This document shows positions 43,642 through 55,120 of a stretch of 64,000 nucleotides of DNA, piece after piece. The position numbers and the translations under genes were made by a program. How positions within the stretch are numbered: the first letter of the stretch is position 1; every line of letters begins with the position of its first letter. The notes beneath the pieces are model-generated. The model ran no database searches and was not told the DNA's origin. It saw only the letters and a list, made by a program, of their open reading frames with translations. This stretch comes from an uncultured bacterium (lineage in GTDB: Bacteria; Patescibacteriota; Saccharimonadia; Saccharimonadales; 2-12-FULL-41-12): positions 469,523-533,522 of the forward strand of contig CAWIAU010000001.1 in assembly GCA_963834265.1 (NCBI GenBank). Direction: 5' to 3'.

Positions 43642-44208
43642 TTAAATGGCGGCGGCCGGTTGCGGTCCGGCAAACTGAGCTAATTCATCCGGCGTAGGTA
43701 GACGAAGCTGTAGCGTATGGAAATCAGCGGTATATTCAGTTTTTCGTTGGCCAGGCCATTTGCCAAGATCTGGAACGATCTCTTGTTCATTAGCATTCGC
43801 ATATACGCCATCAAGGGTAAAGTTTAGCTCGTGCCAATAATCTGCGTCGGGATCATTATCTGGCCTGTCTATGTCGAGTTCAGCATTTCTTGCGTAAGCG
43901 CCCATAATAGCAGCGGCATGGTCTTCGTCAATCGCAAGATCGACAGAATATGCTTCGAAACCACCTCCCAGTGCATACGATGTTCCGGCATCGTATCGAA
44001 TACGGCTTGGGTCTTTAATACCCACTATAATAAATCCATCAGCAATTACAGCTTGGCCAATACGCAGCGCGGATTCTCTATTTTGCGCCTCAAGCTCCTT
44101 TGCTGACTCAAATTTTCTCCTGGCATCCTGTTTTGCAGTATCTGATATATGATGTTCGACCAGTAAAGTTTCTAAAGTTTCCAGACTTCCGGGCATTGCT
44201 ATCTTCAA
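43642..44208 (-). CDS. Hypothetical protein (188 aa)
   Basis: ORF only. Confidence 0.45.
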   Translation of the reverse strand: MKIAMPGSLETLETLLVEHHISDTAKQDARRKFESAKELEAQNRESALRIGQAVIADGFIIVGIKDPSRIRYDAGTSYALGGGFEAYSVDLAIDEDHAAAIMGAYARNAELDIDRPDNDPDADYWHELNFTLDGVYANANEQEIVPDLGKWPGQRKTEYTADFHTLQLRLPTPDELAQFAGPQPAAAI

Positions 44209-44273
44209 TTTATTAAGCTCACATTAGCCCATGTATAATTTAAATGCAAGCACTAGCGGCTTAAATATATTCG

Positions 44274-44363
44274 TGGCGGAGGGAGAGGGATTCGAACCCT
44301 CGATGGGGTTGCCCCCAAACCGCCTTTCCAAGACGGCGCCATAGGCCACTAGGCGACCCCTCC
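44274..44363 (-). tRNA. tRNA-Ser (anticodon GGA), 90 nt with a long variable arm and encoded CCA
   Basis: The reverse complement gives GGAGGGG...anticodon stem CCGTC/GGCGG, loop TTGGAAA, variable arm TTTGGGGGCAACCCCATC, T-arm GAGGG-TTCGAAT-CCCTC, acceptor TCCCTCC-G-CCA. Confidence 0.85.
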
Positions 44364-44426
44364 GTAATACTTACACAATTTTACCACAAAAACACCTTGC
44401 GGGTCCTGCGTCAATCAGCGTAGACT

Positions 44427-45344
44427 ATGGTATACATGTCGATCATAGAACTAAAAGACCTCAGCAAACTCTACGGCTTCGGCGATGCAACGACCGTGGC
44501 GCTGGAAGATGTCAATTTACAGATTGAAAAAGGTGAATTTGTAGCAATTATGGGTCCCAGCGGTTCCGGCAAGTCATCACTAATGCATATTATCGGACTG
44601 TTGGACCATCCCACTCATGGAGTTTATCGTCTGGACGGACGTTCGGTCGAGAAGCTGACCCACAATACCCGGGCAAAAGCCCGTCGTAATAAGATTGGAT
44701 TCGTATTCCAGTCATTCAGTCTGCTTCCGCGCATGAATGTCATTGAAAATGTAGCACTGCCACTGGCATATAAAGGCAAAATGGTATCCAGGCGGCTCAA
44801 AATGGCGGATGCTATGTTGGAACGAGTCGGACTGGCGGACAGGGCTTATTATCTGCCCAGGCAGCTTAGCGGCGGCCAGATACAGCGGGCAGCTATCGCC
44901 AGAGCGCTGATCAATGATCCGACTATCATTATTGCCGACGAACCTACCGGCAATCTTGACAGTGCTTCCTCGCGTCTCGTAATGGAACTACTACGGGAGA
45001 TACACCGTATGGGCAATACAATTCTGATGGTTACTCATAATCCTGAACTCACCCGTTATGCCAGCCGGGTTCTCTATATGCGCGATGGTAATGTCGAACG
45101 TGACGAATCGAATATAATTGGCGAAATTGCCAAAAGAGCTCAGAAAGAAGCCGAATTCACGCCGGGAATAAGCGAAGAAGATGATCTGGCGGGCGTGTCG
45201 GCACTTATGAAAGAGGTGGCCAAAGAAGATGATCAGAACCCTCATGCCCGCAAAGCACCCAAAAAGGCCAGAGCTAAACGTCGCATAACTGCCAGGCCCA
45301 GCAAACAGCGTCGCAACAAATCAAAGAAAGCAGACGATAAGTAA
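44427..45344 (+). CDS. ABC transporter ATP-binding protein (MacB/LolD/FtsE-like) with a Lys/Arg-rich C-terminal tail
   Basis: Walker A GPSGSGKSS, signature LSGGQIQR, Walker B IIIADEPTGNLD. Confidence 0.88.
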   Translation: MVYMSIIELKDLSKLYGFGDATTVALEDVNLQIEKGEFVAIMGPSGSGKSSLMHIIGLLDHPTHGVYRLDGRSVEKLTHNTRAKARRNKIGFVFQSFSLLPRMNVIENVALPLAYKGKMVSRRLKMADAMLERVGLADRAYYLPRQLSGGQIQRAAIARALINDPTIIIADEPTGNLDSASSRLVMELLREIHRMGNTILMVTHNPELTRYASRVLYMRDGNVERDESNIIGEIAKRAQKEAEFTPGISEEDDLAGVSALMKEVAKEDDQNPHARKAPKKARAKRRITARPSKQRRNKSKKADDK

Positions 45345-45516
45345 TGACTTTTTACCTGCCTGGATTCAAAATGCTATTTCTCTCTGAGAAACGGAGCAAG
45401 ACGTACAACTGGTACGGTGATGGGAGTAACGCAGGAGAAAATAACATTTTGGACCAGGAACTTTTGCGGGCATACTGCTCTGCAGGCGGGCAGGCAAAAG
45501 AGGCAGGTAGAAAGAT

Positions 45517-46746
45517 ATGATGATCGCGGAGAATTTCCGAATGGCCCGCACTTCTCTGCGTTCTGCGCGTCTGCGGAGTTTTCTGACAATGCTCGGTATT
45601 ATCATCGGCGTTGTAAGTGTAGTTACAATAGTTTCCCTGGGCGAGGGGGTCAAACGACAGCTTTCGCGCGAAGTAAAGCATCTGGGTGACACATTAATCA
45701 CTGTCAGACCAGGCAAACTGGTCAACCGGGACAGTAATGGCAATATAACCAGCGTAAATTTACTCTCTGGTTTTTCAGTCAGTACTCTTACCGGAAAAGA
45801 TCTGGATGCTATATCGAAAACTCCGCACATCAGTTTGGCTGTCCCGCTCAGTCTCGTTATAGGTACACCTTCCAATAACGACAAAACCTTAGACAAAAGT
45901 TTTATTATAGCTACCTCGCCGGATATGCCGGAAATTCTGAATCAAAAAGTAGAGTTCGGAACCTTCTTCGGAGAAGAAGATCATAACAAACGGACAGTAG
46001 TTATCGGGCAGGTCATTGCTGAGCAGTTATACGGAGAGGCGGTTCCTATAGGTAAAAGTATGCAAATTCGCGGGCAGGAATTTATAATAAGGGGCATCTT
46101 CGAAAAATTTACGAGCAATGGCCTCAATCCGGCGATTGACTTCAACGCAGGAGTCTTTATACCATTCGATACGGGCAAAGTGATCAGCGGCGGTAACCAG
46201 CCGATTTATGAGATACTCGCCAAAGTTGACACCCCTGAGGCTGTAGATGATACGGCACGTGACGTAACAAATTCATTGAAAGCTGCTCATTCCGGACAGG
46301 AAGATTTTACCGTGCTCAAACATGACGAAACAATCTCTGTTTCCGCGTCAGCCATCAACCTGATAACACGGCTGATAGCAATGCTGGCTGCTATTTCACT
46401 TTTTGTAGGTGGTATCGGCATTATGAATGTCATGCTGGTGTCTGTATCCGAACGTACCCGTGAAATCGGCCTCCGCAAAGCGATCGGAGCTACGAACAGG
46501 CAGATCAGAGACCAGTTCATGACAGAAGCCATGCTGCTGAGCTTCTGGGGTTCTGCGATAGGTATATTACTCGCTTTAATCACTAATCTGATAATTCGGA
46601 TTACCACTGATTTTCAACCTATCATCACCTGGCCGGTTGTAGCGATTGCCATGGGTGTGTCTGTTCTGGTCGGACTGATCTTCGGTACAGCCCCTGCCAT
46701 TAAAGCTTCACGCAAAAATCCCATTGACGCCCTCCGCTCAATGTAG
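45517..46746 (+). CDS. ABC transporter permease, MacB/FtsX family (N-terminal TM, large periplasmic domain, C-terminal FtsX 3-TM bundle)
   Basis: Typical MacB_PCD plus FtsX layout; C-terminal ...GIMNVMLVSVSERTREIGLRKAIGA... Confidence 0.85.
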   Translation: MMIAENFRMARTSLRSARLRSFLTMLGIIIGVVSVVTIVSLGEGVKRQLSREVKHLGDTLITVRPGKLVNRDSNGNITSVNLLSGFSVSTLTGKDLDAISKTPHISLAVPLSLVIGTPSNNDKTLDKSFIIATSPDMPEILNQKVEFGTFFGEEDHNKRTVVIGQVIAEQLYGEAVPIGKSMQIRGQEFIIRGIFEKFTSNGLNPAIDFNAGVFIPFDTGKVISGGNQPIYEILAKVDTPEAVDDTARDVTNSLKAAHSGQEDFTVLKHDETISVSASAINLITRLIAMLAAISLFVGGIGIMNVMLVSVSERTREIGLRKAIGATNRQIRDQFMTEAMLLSFWGSAIGILLALITNLIIRITTDFQPIITWPVVAIAMGVSVLVGLIFGTAPAIKASRKNPIDALRSM

Positions 46747-46765
46747 ACGATTGGTCGTCAGTAGT

Positions 46766-49603
46766 CTAACGAATATTTTTCTTCGAAAACATCATGATTA
46801 ACAAAGCCGAAATAAGAGGTGCGAATAAAACGGGCGGAAGCTTCAGGATGGCTACGCCTAAAATAATCGTTAGTGCCACCCAAAGCAGGCCATTCTTTCT
46901 GGAAATACGCGAACGTAAGTACTCGGCACCCAGATAGTAATATGGAAAGACAGTAATGACCAGGAATGTGCTGGAAAGCAAGCCGCAGATCAGGACTACG
47001 GCCAGTCCCTCCCAGAATGGACTGGCGATAGCTAACGGTATGAGAGAGAAAACAGCAGTCAAACTGGTAGCAATCAGTGGGCGGAACCGTTCTGCCAAAG
47101 CTTCGTGTGCAGCATCCACAGCCCCCCTACCTGCTCGTCTGGCTTGATTGGCGTAATCGACCAGAAGTATCGTATTTTTAAGACTAAGTCCTATCAGGGC
47201 AAAGAAGCCTAATGCCGAAAAGAAACTGAAGGGATTATTGGATAGATACAATCCCAGTGCAATCCCGAAGAAGCTGAATGGCAATGCCATAAAGATCAGT
47301 AACGGCTGGAGCAGGCTGCGGAACTGTGTGGCGAGTAATAAGTACATAACCAACAGTAATAACGGAAATGCAATGGCGAGGGTTTTGAAGCTATCCTGGT
47401 TTTCCTGTTCCTGACCTAATTCGAATGTTAAAGCCCTTTTGTCTAAGCCATAGGCTGCAACCCGGCTTTCGGAAAATTCTTTTTCCAGCTTTCCCTTCAA
47501 TATTGTGAACAGTGCCGAGGTGTCTTTATCTGCGAATTTCACATTCACGCCGATATATTGCGTATTGTCATTTCTGGTAAAAATACTGGTATTATCTACG
47601 CTCACGTTCTCAATTCTGGCAATAGTACCATTCGGACGTTTTATCTCAGTTTTCTGTATGTAAGCTGCCAGGTCTTCGGCAAATTTTTGAGAGGCGCTAC
47701 GATCTTTGCCGGCATCCACGTGAGCGCTGAACTGTCCCTCGGGTCCTCCGGCTCCCAGCTGCCCGACTTTTACCTGTGCCTCATCAAAGTTATTGAACTT
47801 CTGCTGTAAATCAGCGGCTATTTGGGGTGATGCGATGTCCCTTTCTTTATAACTAAGCAGATTTATCGTGAGTGTAGCGCTGGATACGTTGGCTTGACCA
47901 TAATACGACGCACGGGCAAAATTATCCTTGAGGTCATCGCCGACTAAGCTGTTTGTCTTATCGGCAATATTCTCAGCCTTTTCAATATTGGTATCAGGAG
48001 AAAACGTCAATGTTACCTGAAGTTGATTGCTATCCTTTTCCGGCGGGAAGATATTAAATTTAACATTTTGTTTAAAAATAAATACTCCCGCGCCGATGAA
48101 TCCAAAGCCAACCACTACTGCAGTTATCACTACAGTTAACAATTTCTTGTGAGAGTTTCTGGCCCACAACATTGGCGCGGAAATGAATCGGGCAATGCGA
48201 GCCTCTATGCCTGCTGAAGTTTCATGAACATTTTTGGCCCCCATTTGTTTTTTGCCGAGCAGGAAGAAGCGGGAAAAGAGCGGGATAAAAACCAAAGCAA
48301 CCAGCAAACTTATGAGGAGTGCGGAAATGATTGTTATCGGTATAGCGCGGATAAAGCTGCCCAGGATCCCGCCAACAAATAGAAACGGCGCAAAACTAAG
48401 TGCTGCGGTCAGTGTGGCTGCGACCATAGCTTTGCCTATCTTGCGGGTAGCAACAGAAATTGCTTGTTTAGCATCTCTTTGCCGTCGGCGCTGCGAATCG
48501 ATCGCTTCGGACATGATAATTGTATCGTCAACAATCAGCGATAGTCCCAGAACCAGCGAGAACAGTGTAATAGTATTTAGCGTATAGCCTATGGCGTAAA
48601 GTAATGCATTGACCGCGGCTATGACCGTAACCATGGCAATAACCGTAATGACAGATGCCCTGATAGCAATCAGAATTGATCCGACCACCAGAATAACTGC
48701 CAAACCCTCTAACAGGGCTTTTTGCAGCTCACTGATTTGACTTTTGATATCCGGTGCATAACTAGCACTTATAACTGCTATATAATCCTTAAATTCCGGA
48801 TTGGCATTGAGTTTGCCTATCGCTTCCCTGACTTGTTTATCAAGTTCAATGTTATCAGTTTTGTCCGGAGCACTTATGCCGATCAAAGCCGCAGGATAAA
48901 AATTACTCTGGTTATTACTTCGTTCTCCATACCGATCAAAGCTCTTTTTAGTTAGCTGGGACTGTCCTGTTGCCGGATTGATAGCCGACTCATACTGCTC
49001 CAGAGCCGATACTCCATCTACAAGCGGGAGATTTTGTGATTTTATGAACCCGGAAGCTTTTTTAGCCTGTTCAACTAATTTCTCATTGGGGACAGCACTG
49101 TCTTTTGCATAAAAAGCTACAACCAGATCATCGCCACGTTCGGTAAAGCCGAATTTGTAGGCTTCCAGATTTATTGTTGCCTGTTGCGGCAGAATATGAC
49201 TGTCAGTAATCTCCCGCGCAAGTTCTGAGCTTCGTGATTCGGCATTTACGTTTTCGTTATAGATAACCTGTGCCGAATAATAATTATCGAAACTCTGGGT
49301 CTGTACTGTCTTGACTCCGTCTTTTTTGAGCAGGAATTCGCTTAGCGGTTTGCTGATATCCTGGTCGACTTTGGCAGGATCGTTCACCAGGTAGCTGCCT
49401 TTGGCCAGAGCCAGCGGGGTTTCGATGGATGGGAAGCCTTCACGCTTGAGCAGTGTGCTATAGCTCAATGCTCCGAAGATAACAATAAGAAGCCATAAAA
49501 ATGCAGTCCTGCGCGGCCTGTTAAAGAAAAACAGACTTAATTTCTGCAATCTATTCAGATCTGTTTTTTCGGTTGTTTTACGCCTCGTACGAAATACAGT
49601 CAT
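46766..49603 (-). CDS. RND-superfamily transporter permease (AcrB/MMPL-like, 12 TM, two large loops)
   Basis: N-terminus FFFNRPRRTAFLWLLIVIFGALSY...EGFPSIETP resembles the AcrB family start; 945 aa; hydrophobicity pattern. Confidence 0.75.
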   Translation of the reverse strand: MTVFRTRRKTTEKTDLNRLQKLSLFFFNRPRRTAFLWLLIVIFGALSYSTLLKREGFPSIETPLALAKGSYLVNDPAKVDQDISKPLSEFLLKKDGVKTVQTQSFDNYYSAQVIYNENVNAESRSSELAREITDSHILPQQATINLEAYKFGFTERGDDLVVAFYAKDSAVPNEKLVEQAKKASGFIKSQNLPLVDGVSALEQYESAINPATGQSQLTKKSFDRYGERSNNQSNFYPAALIGISAPDKTDNIELDKQVREAIGKLNANPEFKDYIAVISASYAPDIKSQISELQKALLEGLAVILVVGSILIAIRASVITVIAMVTVIAAVNALLYAIGYTLNTITLFSLVLGLSLIVDDTIIMSEAIDSQRRRQRDAKQAISVATRKIGKAMVAATLTAALSFAPFLFVGGILGSFIRAIPITIISALLISLLVALVFIPLFSRFFLLGKKQMGAKNVHETSAGIEARIARFISAPMLWARNSHKKLLTVVITAVVVGFGFIGAGVFIFKQNVKFNIFPPEKDSNQLQVTLTFSPDTNIEKAENIADKTNSLVGDDLKDNFARASYYGQANVSSATLTINLLSYKERDIASPQIAADLQQKFNNFDEAQVKVGQLGAGGPEGQFSAHVDAGKDRSASQKFAEDLAAYIQKTEIKRPNGTIARIENVSVDNTSIFTRNDNTQYIGVNVKFADKDTSALFTILKGKLEKEFSESRVAAYGLDKRALTFELGQEQENQDSFKTLAIAFPLLLLVMYLLLATQFRSLLQPLLIFMALPFSFFGIALGLYLSNNPFSFFSALGFFALIGLSLKNTILLVDYANQARRAGRGAVDAAHEALAERFRPLIATSLTAVFSLIPLAIASPFWEGLAVVLICGLLSSTFLVITVFPYYYLGAEYLRSRISRKNGLLWVALTIILGVAILKLPPVLFAPLISALLIMMFSKKNIR

Positions 49604-49649
49604 TGCTCCGTTACTTCCGGGAAAATTTACTATTCACTATACAGTAAAT

Positions 49650-50039
49650 TTACCGGAAGCAATAAAATGAGTAATAATCAGGGATCTGTTTAACAGCTAA
49701 CCGAGAAGCTCTCCATGGATGTTCAATAGGGCCGTCAGGTAATGGAGCAGACTCTATGTAGTTTCCACCATCGAGAACAGATCCGAGGGTAGGATGAGGA
49801 GCAACACCACCAGCTAACTGATCTCCCGTCATGACCTGTTGAGTGCCGTCAAGGCCGGGTTCGAATTCGCCGATCTCAGGCGCGGATTCTGTTCTTGCTC
49901 TTAGTTGTATGGACAAGCTGGCACCTACTGCCTCAAATGCAATTTGAGCAAGTTCCCCTATAGCCCCTAATTTGGGGGAGATTTTCAACTCAGCGCCATT
50001 CTCATGTTCCGGATCTGTCATATATAATAACAATAGCAC
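49650..50039 (-). CDS. Hypothetical protein (start uncertain)
   Basis: ORF only. Confidence 0.4.
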   Translation of the reverse strand: MLLLLYMTDPEHENGAELKISPKLGAIGELAQIAFEAVGASLSIQLRARTESAPEIGEFEPGLDGTQQVMTGDQLAGGVAPHPTLGSVLDGGNYIESAPLPDGPIEHPWRASRLAVKQIPDYYSFYCFR

Positions 50040-50073
50040 AAAATATTAACGAAGTCAATATGCGGGCTCTGAT

Positions 50074-50805
50074 CTATCGATATTCGGGATTTTCGAAATC
50101 GAAGCGGGCACCGGCATCCCACTGTGAGCGCTGATTACCGTAGGCCGGAATTCCTCCATTATTTTTCAACATTTGGGCTATATGCATCAGGTTCCATGTC
50201 ATAAATGTTGTGTTGCGGTTGGTGAAGTCATTATCAAGGCCGATAGGTGTGCCATCTTCCCTCATGTCACCATAGCTCGGTCCTGGTCCAGCCTCTCCGA
50301 TCCACCCGGCATCAGCTTGCGGCGGAATGGTATAGCCGATGTGCTGCAGGCTGTAGAGAATGTTCTGCGTACAATGCTTGATGCCATCTTCATTGCCGGT
50401 AATCAGCGCACCGCCCACTTTGCCGTAGTATGCATACTGGCCAGCCTCATTGAGCTCACTGGAGTTACCGTACAGCCGCTCGATCACCTGCTTCATTATC
50501 GAGCTATTGTCTCCCAGCCAGATCGGCCCTCCCAGCACTAATATGTCCGCTGCCTGAACCTTCTTATATATATCCGGCCATTCGTCAACCTTCCAGCCGT
50601 GTTCCCGCATATCAGGATAGATTCCGGTTGCGATCTGATGATCAATTGCACGAATAGTTTGTACTTCTACTCCGTTTTTTTGCATAATCTTACAGCTGAT
50701 TTCAATTAAAAGATCAGTATGACTCGGATTCGGGGACTTAGTAAGCGTACAGTTGAAATATAATGCTTTCAATCCGCTGAAATCATATTTTTTGGTCTTA
50801 TTCAT
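50074..50805 (-). CDS. Flavodoxin-like fold NAD(P)H-dependent oxidoreductase (FMN reductase / quinone reductase-like)
   Basis: LKALYFNCTLTKSPNPSHTD...ADILVLGGPIW pattern typical of the family. Confidence 0.6.
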   Translation of the reverse strand: MNKTKKYDFSGLKALYFNCTLTKSPNPSHTDLLIEISCKIMQKNGVEVQTIRAIDHQIATGIYPDMREHGWKVDEWPDIYKKVQAADILVLGGPIWLGDNSSIMKQVIERLYGNSSELNEAGQYAYYGKVGGALITGNEDGIKHCTQNILYSLQHIGYTIPPQADAGWIGEAGPGPSYGDMREDGTPIGLDNDFTNRNTTFMTWNLMHIAQMLKNNGGIPAYGNQRSQWDAGARFDFENPEYR

Positions 50806-50819
50806 GTCTATTCCTCAAA

Positions 50820-51575
50820 TTAGTTTGCCTTTATTAACTCCAACAATTCATTATGGACCCTGCCATTACTGATAAGGGCGCCGTTGATCGGCTGGTCATA
50901 CCTCTGCTCATTACCTTCCAGATCTGTAACTTTGCCGCCTGCTTCTTCGATAATTACTTTGGTAGCAGCAACATCGTGAGAGTGTTTACCGCTATGTATA
51001 TGAGCGGCAAACTGTCCCGCAGCTACCATCATCGAGCTATACACACAGGAGTACATTATAAAGATTCTTAGTTTGCGTTCCTTGATAGCATTATAGCAAC
51101 CAAGGCTGTTATGACTAGAGAACCCCAGAGGGGTAAGCGGGTCCAGTTTGTCGGAATTTACCTGTATTTTAGAGTTATTCATGAAGGCGCCTTTGCCCTT
51201 TTCCGCGCTGAACATCCGCCTGAGGTAGGGATCATAAACGACACCCGCGATTGGTACGCCGTCAATTGCCAGTGCCAGTGAGAATACATTAGTCGGTATA
51301 CCATACGCGTACGGAATAGTGCCGTCTATCGGGTCGCAAATCCAAACATATTTGTGGTGATCTTTCTGGCTGCTTTCTTCCTCGCCTCGCACGCCGTGAT
51401 CCGGATAATGCTTAGCGACTTCATCGATTACCATCCTGTTGACGGTTGTATCGGCAATCGTCAGGGGCGAATTGTCAGCTTTGTTTTCAGTCACCACGCC
51501 GATCTGAAAATGCTCCAGCATGATGTCGCCGGCTTTTAGGGCCAGTTCCTTCGCAAATGTCAGGTAATCACGCAT
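50820..51575 (-). CDS. Inositol monophosphatase family phosphatase (SuhB/CysQ-like)
   Basis: GEEES and WICDPIDGTIPY motifs. Confidence 0.85.
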   Translation of the reverse strand: MRDYLTFAKELALKAGDIMLEHFQIGVVTENKADNSPLTIADTTVNRMVIDEVAKHYPDHGVRGEEESSQKDHHKYVWICDPIDGTIPYAYGIPTNVFSLALAIDGVPIAGVVYDPYLRRMFSAEKGKGAFMNNSKIQVNSDKLDPLTPLGFSSHNSLGCYNAIKERKLRIFIMYSCVYSSMMVAAGQFAAHIHSGKHSHDVAATKVIIEEAGGKVTDLEGNEQRYDQPINGALISNGRVHNELLELIKAN

Positions 51576-51578
51576 CCC

Positions 51579-52130
51579 CTAAAGTATACTCTCTATAACA
51601 GGTAATATTTCCGGCAATTCCGTAAATCGCGGATCAGTATTGACGCTAAAGTGTTTCATGCCCGTCATTATCACTAACCTGGCGCTCAGTTGCGAGCTTA
51701 AATACTCTGCACCCACCATAGGGCAATGAGGATCATCATCGCTATGTATGAATACAATTTTTGAACATTTTGCCTGAATTTTCTCAAAACTGTATAGTTC
51801 ATGAAACAAATTTTTTAGCGCCGGCCATCCCAGGTCGTCCCTGAATGCGGCAACCAATATCATGCCGCCAACTGATTGATCTAAGGCTTCAATCAGATAT
51901 AAGGCTTCTACCGCTCCCGCAGAGTGGCCGATTATAATCAGGTCTTTGTCAAAGTCGAACGGACTGTTGTCCAGAATATACGGAGTCCATACTTTAGAAT
52001 CGGGTTCACCTGAATTAGGCAAATCAGGTCTCCAGACATGATGGCCCCGGCTTTTCAGCTGCTGATCAAGCCATGGAAACCAGTTTGTTCCTGAACTGCC
52101 GCCCGTTCCGTGCAAAATTATAAAATTCAC
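51579..52130 (-). CDS. Serine hydrolase of the RBBP9/YdeN family (alpha/beta fold)
   Basis: MNFIILHGTGGSSGTNWFPWL...IIGHSAGA. Confidence 0.75.
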   Translation of the reverse strand: MNFIILHGTGGSSGTNWFPWLDQQLKSRGHHVWRPDLPNSGEPDSKVWTPYILDNSPFDFDKDLIIIGHSAGAVEALYLIEALDQSVGGMILVAAFRDDLGWPALKNLFHELYSFEKIQAKCSKIVFIHSDDDPHCPMVGAEYLSSQLSARLVIMTGMKHFSVNTDPRFTELPEILPVIESIL

Positions 52131-52169
52131 AATATCGCCATAACTTTATTTTATCAAACATATAAAATA

Positions 52170-53426
<1,257 letters not shown>

Positions 53427-53483
53427 CTATGCTTGCATAGGAACAACTGTTTTAGTATTGTTCTTGGAAAAGGAGACATAATT

Positions 53484-54050
53484 ATGGGCAAATATGATAG
53501 TGAACTTGGACGCCATAGGCCCTATACAGCCGGAGAAAAAGTCAGAAGATTTATAGGAGGAAGTGTGGCGCTCGGCTTGGCATATGTTACTCCGTGGGGG
53601 CATGCTGATAAACCGCTAATACTTAAAGACGGCAAGCAGACAGCATTAGCAGAATATAGAGATCATTACAGAACGCAGAGTCCCGCTGGTAAATTTGCTT
53701 TACAATATCTAATGACAACCACAATAGTTGTGACGTCTGAAGGAGGATCTGGGATAAGGGATTTAATGTCTGCCGATAAGAAATTCGGATTCGATATTAA
53801 TAATGGCTGCTTGGAAGATAGCTCCTATGATATCGATGGTGGAATTGGATCGCCGTCTGCAGTAGCAACACCGCATGTTGATAGAAATCATCCCGATGTA
53901 CTGACCATTACAGCTGGTAAAGGCAACGAGGAGCCTTTGGTGTTTAGGGGTGTCATAGAGAGAGATAAGTTAATTCCCGTAGGTGGCTACACAGAAGATG
54001 CGCTTAGTAGTACTTTTGAATGCCAAACAGGTATAGTTAGCTCCTCTTAG
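53484..54050 (+). CDS. Hypothetical protein (188 aa) upstream of the purP pair
   Basis: AAGGAGA RBS before the ATG at 53484; the longer ORF from 53208 overlaps tgt and is unlikely. Confidence 0.5.
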   Translation: MGKYDSELGRHRPYTAGEKVRRFIGGSVALGLAYVTPWGHADKPLILKDGKQTALAEYRDHYRTQSPAGKFALQYLMTTTIVVTSEGGSGIRDLMSADKKFGFDINNGCLEDSSYDIDGGIGSPSAVATPHVDRNHPDVLTITAGKGNEEPLVFRGVIERDKLIPVGGYTEDALSSTFECQTGIVSSS

Positions 54051-54106
54051 TTAATCTAGGTATTGGGATTTTTGCACCAATAGAGCACATACAGTATACT
54101 TAATAG

Positions 54107-55120
54107 ATGAAAATGACGGACTTTCGGATTGGCACACTTGGTAGCCATTCGGCGCTTCAGATACTCAAAGGTGCGCACGACGAGGGTTTTGAGACTGTAG
54201 TCATTACTGAACATGGCAAATCCAGACCCTACAAGTCCTTTGGTGTAGCCGACACGATTATAGAAGTTGATTCGTTCAATAGCGTTGATAAACTAGAGCC
54301 TCGGCTGATTAAAGAAAAAGTAATACTAATCCCCCACGGTTCATTCTTTAGCGCCTACGGCCTGGAAGCACTGGGCAAAATGAAAGCTATGTACTTCGGC
54401 AACAAAGCGATTCTGCCGTGGGAAGAAGACCGTACGAAACAGCGCGAGTGGCTCAAGAAATCCGGCCTGACCCTGCCTAAAATTTATAAAACACCCGAAG
54501 ATATCGATGGTCCGGTTATCATCAAATTCTTTGGTGCCGGCGGAGGTAAAGGTTACTTCCTGGCGACCAGCACTGCTGAGTTCCATCAAAAGATCAAACC
54601 ATTCGAAGGACGAAAATATATTATCCAGCAGTATGTAGTCGGTGCGCCGATCTACGTGCACTATTTTTATTCTCCGCTTAATGACGAACTGGAAGTCATG
54701 GGCATGGATAAACGCTACGAAACAAACGTTGACTCTATCGGCCGGATAAGTGCCAAAGATCAGCTGGATCTGAATATTGAGAGTTCATACAACATCATGG
54801 GTAATATGCCTCTGGTGATTCGCGAATCGTTATTGCCGGAAATCTTCGAAATGGGCCAGCGCGTCGTAGACACTTCTAAAAAGCTGGAACCTCACGGGCT
54901 GTTCGGGCCGTTCTGTCTGGAAATGATTGTAACCCCGGAGCTGGAGTTTTATGTATTTGAGATATCGGCCCGTATCGTAGCCGGTACCAATCCATACATC
55001 AACGGTTCGCCCTACACTGATCTGCGGTACAGTGAGCCGATGAGTACCGGCCGGCGGATTGCCCGTGAAATCAAACATTCGATCGATCAGGACAAAATGG
55101 ATATGGTGATACAGCAATGA
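54107..55120 (+). CDS. purP: PurP-family ATP-grasp enzyme (archaeal-type FAICAR synthetase, 5-formaminoimidazole-4-carboxamide ribonucleotide synthetase), paralog 1
   Basis: IGTLGSHSALQILKGAHDEGFETV, ...HYFYSPLNDELEVMGMDKRYETNVD..., ...GPFCLE..., ...GRRIAREIK match conserved PurP blocks. Confidence 0.7.
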   Translation: MKMTDFRIGTLGSHSALQILKGAHDEGFETVVITEHGKSRPYKSFGVADTIIEVDSFNSVDKLEPRLIKEKVILIPHGSFFSAYGLEALGKMKAMYFGNKAILPWEEDRTKQREWLKKSGLTLPKIYKTPEDIDGPVIIKFFGAGGGKGYFLATSTAEFHQKIKPFEGRKYIIQQYVVGAPIYVHYFYSPLNDELEVMGMDKRYETNVDSIGRISAKDQLDLNIESSYNIMGNMPLVIRESLLPEIFEMGQRVVDTSKKLEPHGLFGPFCLEMIVTPELEFYVFEISARIVAGTNPYINGSPYTDLRYSEPMSTGRRIAREIKHSIDQDKMDMVIQQ